Source of the DNA: Torpedo marmorata
Taxonomy: Eukaryota
Length of the DNA: 64,000 nucleotides
Direction of reading: 5' to 3'
Assembly (NCBI GenBank): GCA_977017645.1
Contig: OZ360223.1
Coordinates: forward strand, 215,574,001-215,638,000
Position numbers and translations under genes: made by a program
Shown: positions 62,837-64,000 of the stretch, in pieces
How the letters are laid out: the number at the start of each line of letters is the position of its first letter
How positions within the stretch are numbered: position 1 is the stretch's first letter
Notes under the pieces: generated by a model
Databases searched by the model: none
Seen by the model: the letters and a program-made list of their open reading frames with translations, nothing else
Told to the model about the DNA's origin: nothing

Positions 62837-64000
62837 CAGTGCCCTCCATAATGTTTGGGACAAAGACACTTTTTTCCTTTATTTACCCCTGTGCTCCACA
62901 GTTTTACATTTGTAATCAAACAATTCACAAGTAATTAAAGTGCACATTCCAGATGTTATTCAAAGCTATTTGTATACATTTTGGTTTGACCATGTAGAAA
63001 TTACAGCACTTTTTATACATAGTCCCCCTCATTTCAGGGCACCATAATGTTTGGGACATTTGGCTTCACAGGTCTTTGTGAGAACTCAGGTATGTTTAAA
63101 AGCTTCATTGGTGCAGGTATAAGAGAGCTAGGCTTGCTTCTAAGCTTTTGATCATCTTTGAAGTCTGCAGTTGCCATTTTTCAACAATGAGGACCAGAGT
63201 TGTGCCAATGAAAGTCAAATAAGCCATTATGAGGCTGAAAAACAAGAATAAAACAGTTGGAGACATCGCCTAAACCTTAGGATTACTAAAATTAACTGTT
63301 TGGAACATCATTAAGAAGAAAGAGCGTACTGGTGAGCTCAGTAATCGCAAAGGGACTGTTATTCCAAGAAAGACCTCCACTGCTGATGACAGAAGAAATC
63401 TCATCATAATGAAGAAAAATCCCCAAACATATGTCTGACATATCAGAAACACTCTTCAGGAGGCAGGTGTGGACATGTCCAGAAGACCTCATGAACAGAA
63501 ATACAGAGGCTACAGAAACAGGATGGACAGATTACGGTTTGCCAAGAAGTATTTAAAAGAGCCTGCAGAATTCTGGAAAAAGGTCTTGTGGACAGATGAG
63601 ACCAAGATTAACCTGTATCAGAGTGATGGCAAGAGCAAAGTGTGGAGGCGTAAAAGAAGTGCCCAAGATCCAAAGCATACCACCTCATCTGTGAAACATG
63701 GTGGTGGGGGTGTTATGGCCTGGGCATGTATGGCTACCACAGGTACTGGCGCACTTATCTTCATTGATGATGTAACTACTGATGGCAGTAGCAAAATTAA
63801 TTCTGAGGTGTATAGAAACATCTTATCTGCTCACGTTCAAGCAAATGCCTCCAAACTCATTGGACGGCGTTTCATCCTACAGCAAGACAATGATCCCAAA
63901 CATACTGCTAAAGCAACAAAGGAGTTTTTCAAAGCTAAAAACGGGAAAATTCTTGAATGGCCAAGTCAGTCACCTGATCTAAATCTAATTGAGCAGACAT
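62837..64000 (+). mobile_element. Tc1-family (IR/DR type) transposon running off the window edge, inserted in a Penelope 3' end
   Basis: TA|CAGTGCCCTCC terminus. CCATAATGTTTGGGACA repeated at ~62846 and ~63042 (outer and inner DR). Left flank 62740-62836 is a PLE end. Confidence 0.92.
63187..64000 (+). pseudogene. Tc1 transposase with in-frame stops and deletions
   Basis: MRTRVVPMKVK*...; WKKVLWTDETKINLYQSDG; VKHGGGGVMAWAC; QQDNDPKHT; WPSQSPDLNLIEQ (DDE triad motifs). Confidence 0.93.

Overview
Vertebrate nuclear DNA, inferred to be a cartilaginous fish (shark or ray) from its repeat content: HE1-like V-SINEs, Deu-domain SINEs, CR1, Rex1/Babar, L1 and many Penelope 3' ends. I found no intact host protein-coding gene, tRNA or CRISPR array. 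Every recognisable ORF belongs to a decayed transposable element. The central structure is a four-level nest at about 27.4-38.4 kb. A fold-back MITE contains a hAT element (8-bp TSD). The hAT contains a Gmr1-type Ty3/Gypsy provirus (IN-RT-RH order, tRNA-Pro PBS, 4-bp TSD) and a HINE-like element. The provirus contains an L1 (11-bp TSD) and a Rex1 insertion. Other notable items are: a composite hAT MITE pair that moved as one unit with 112 bp of cargo (15.3-15.7 kb); hammerhead-ribozyme-like motifs in the Penelope ends; a 5S-derived SINE3; a 26-bp G-rich minisatellite inside a roughly 8-kb CpG-rich domain with candidate minus-strand exons; a solo LTR; and an IR/DR-type Tc1 running off the right edge. 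All family assignments come from by-eye motif recognition and recalled consensus sequences, with no database search. Boundaries without a TSD are approximate.
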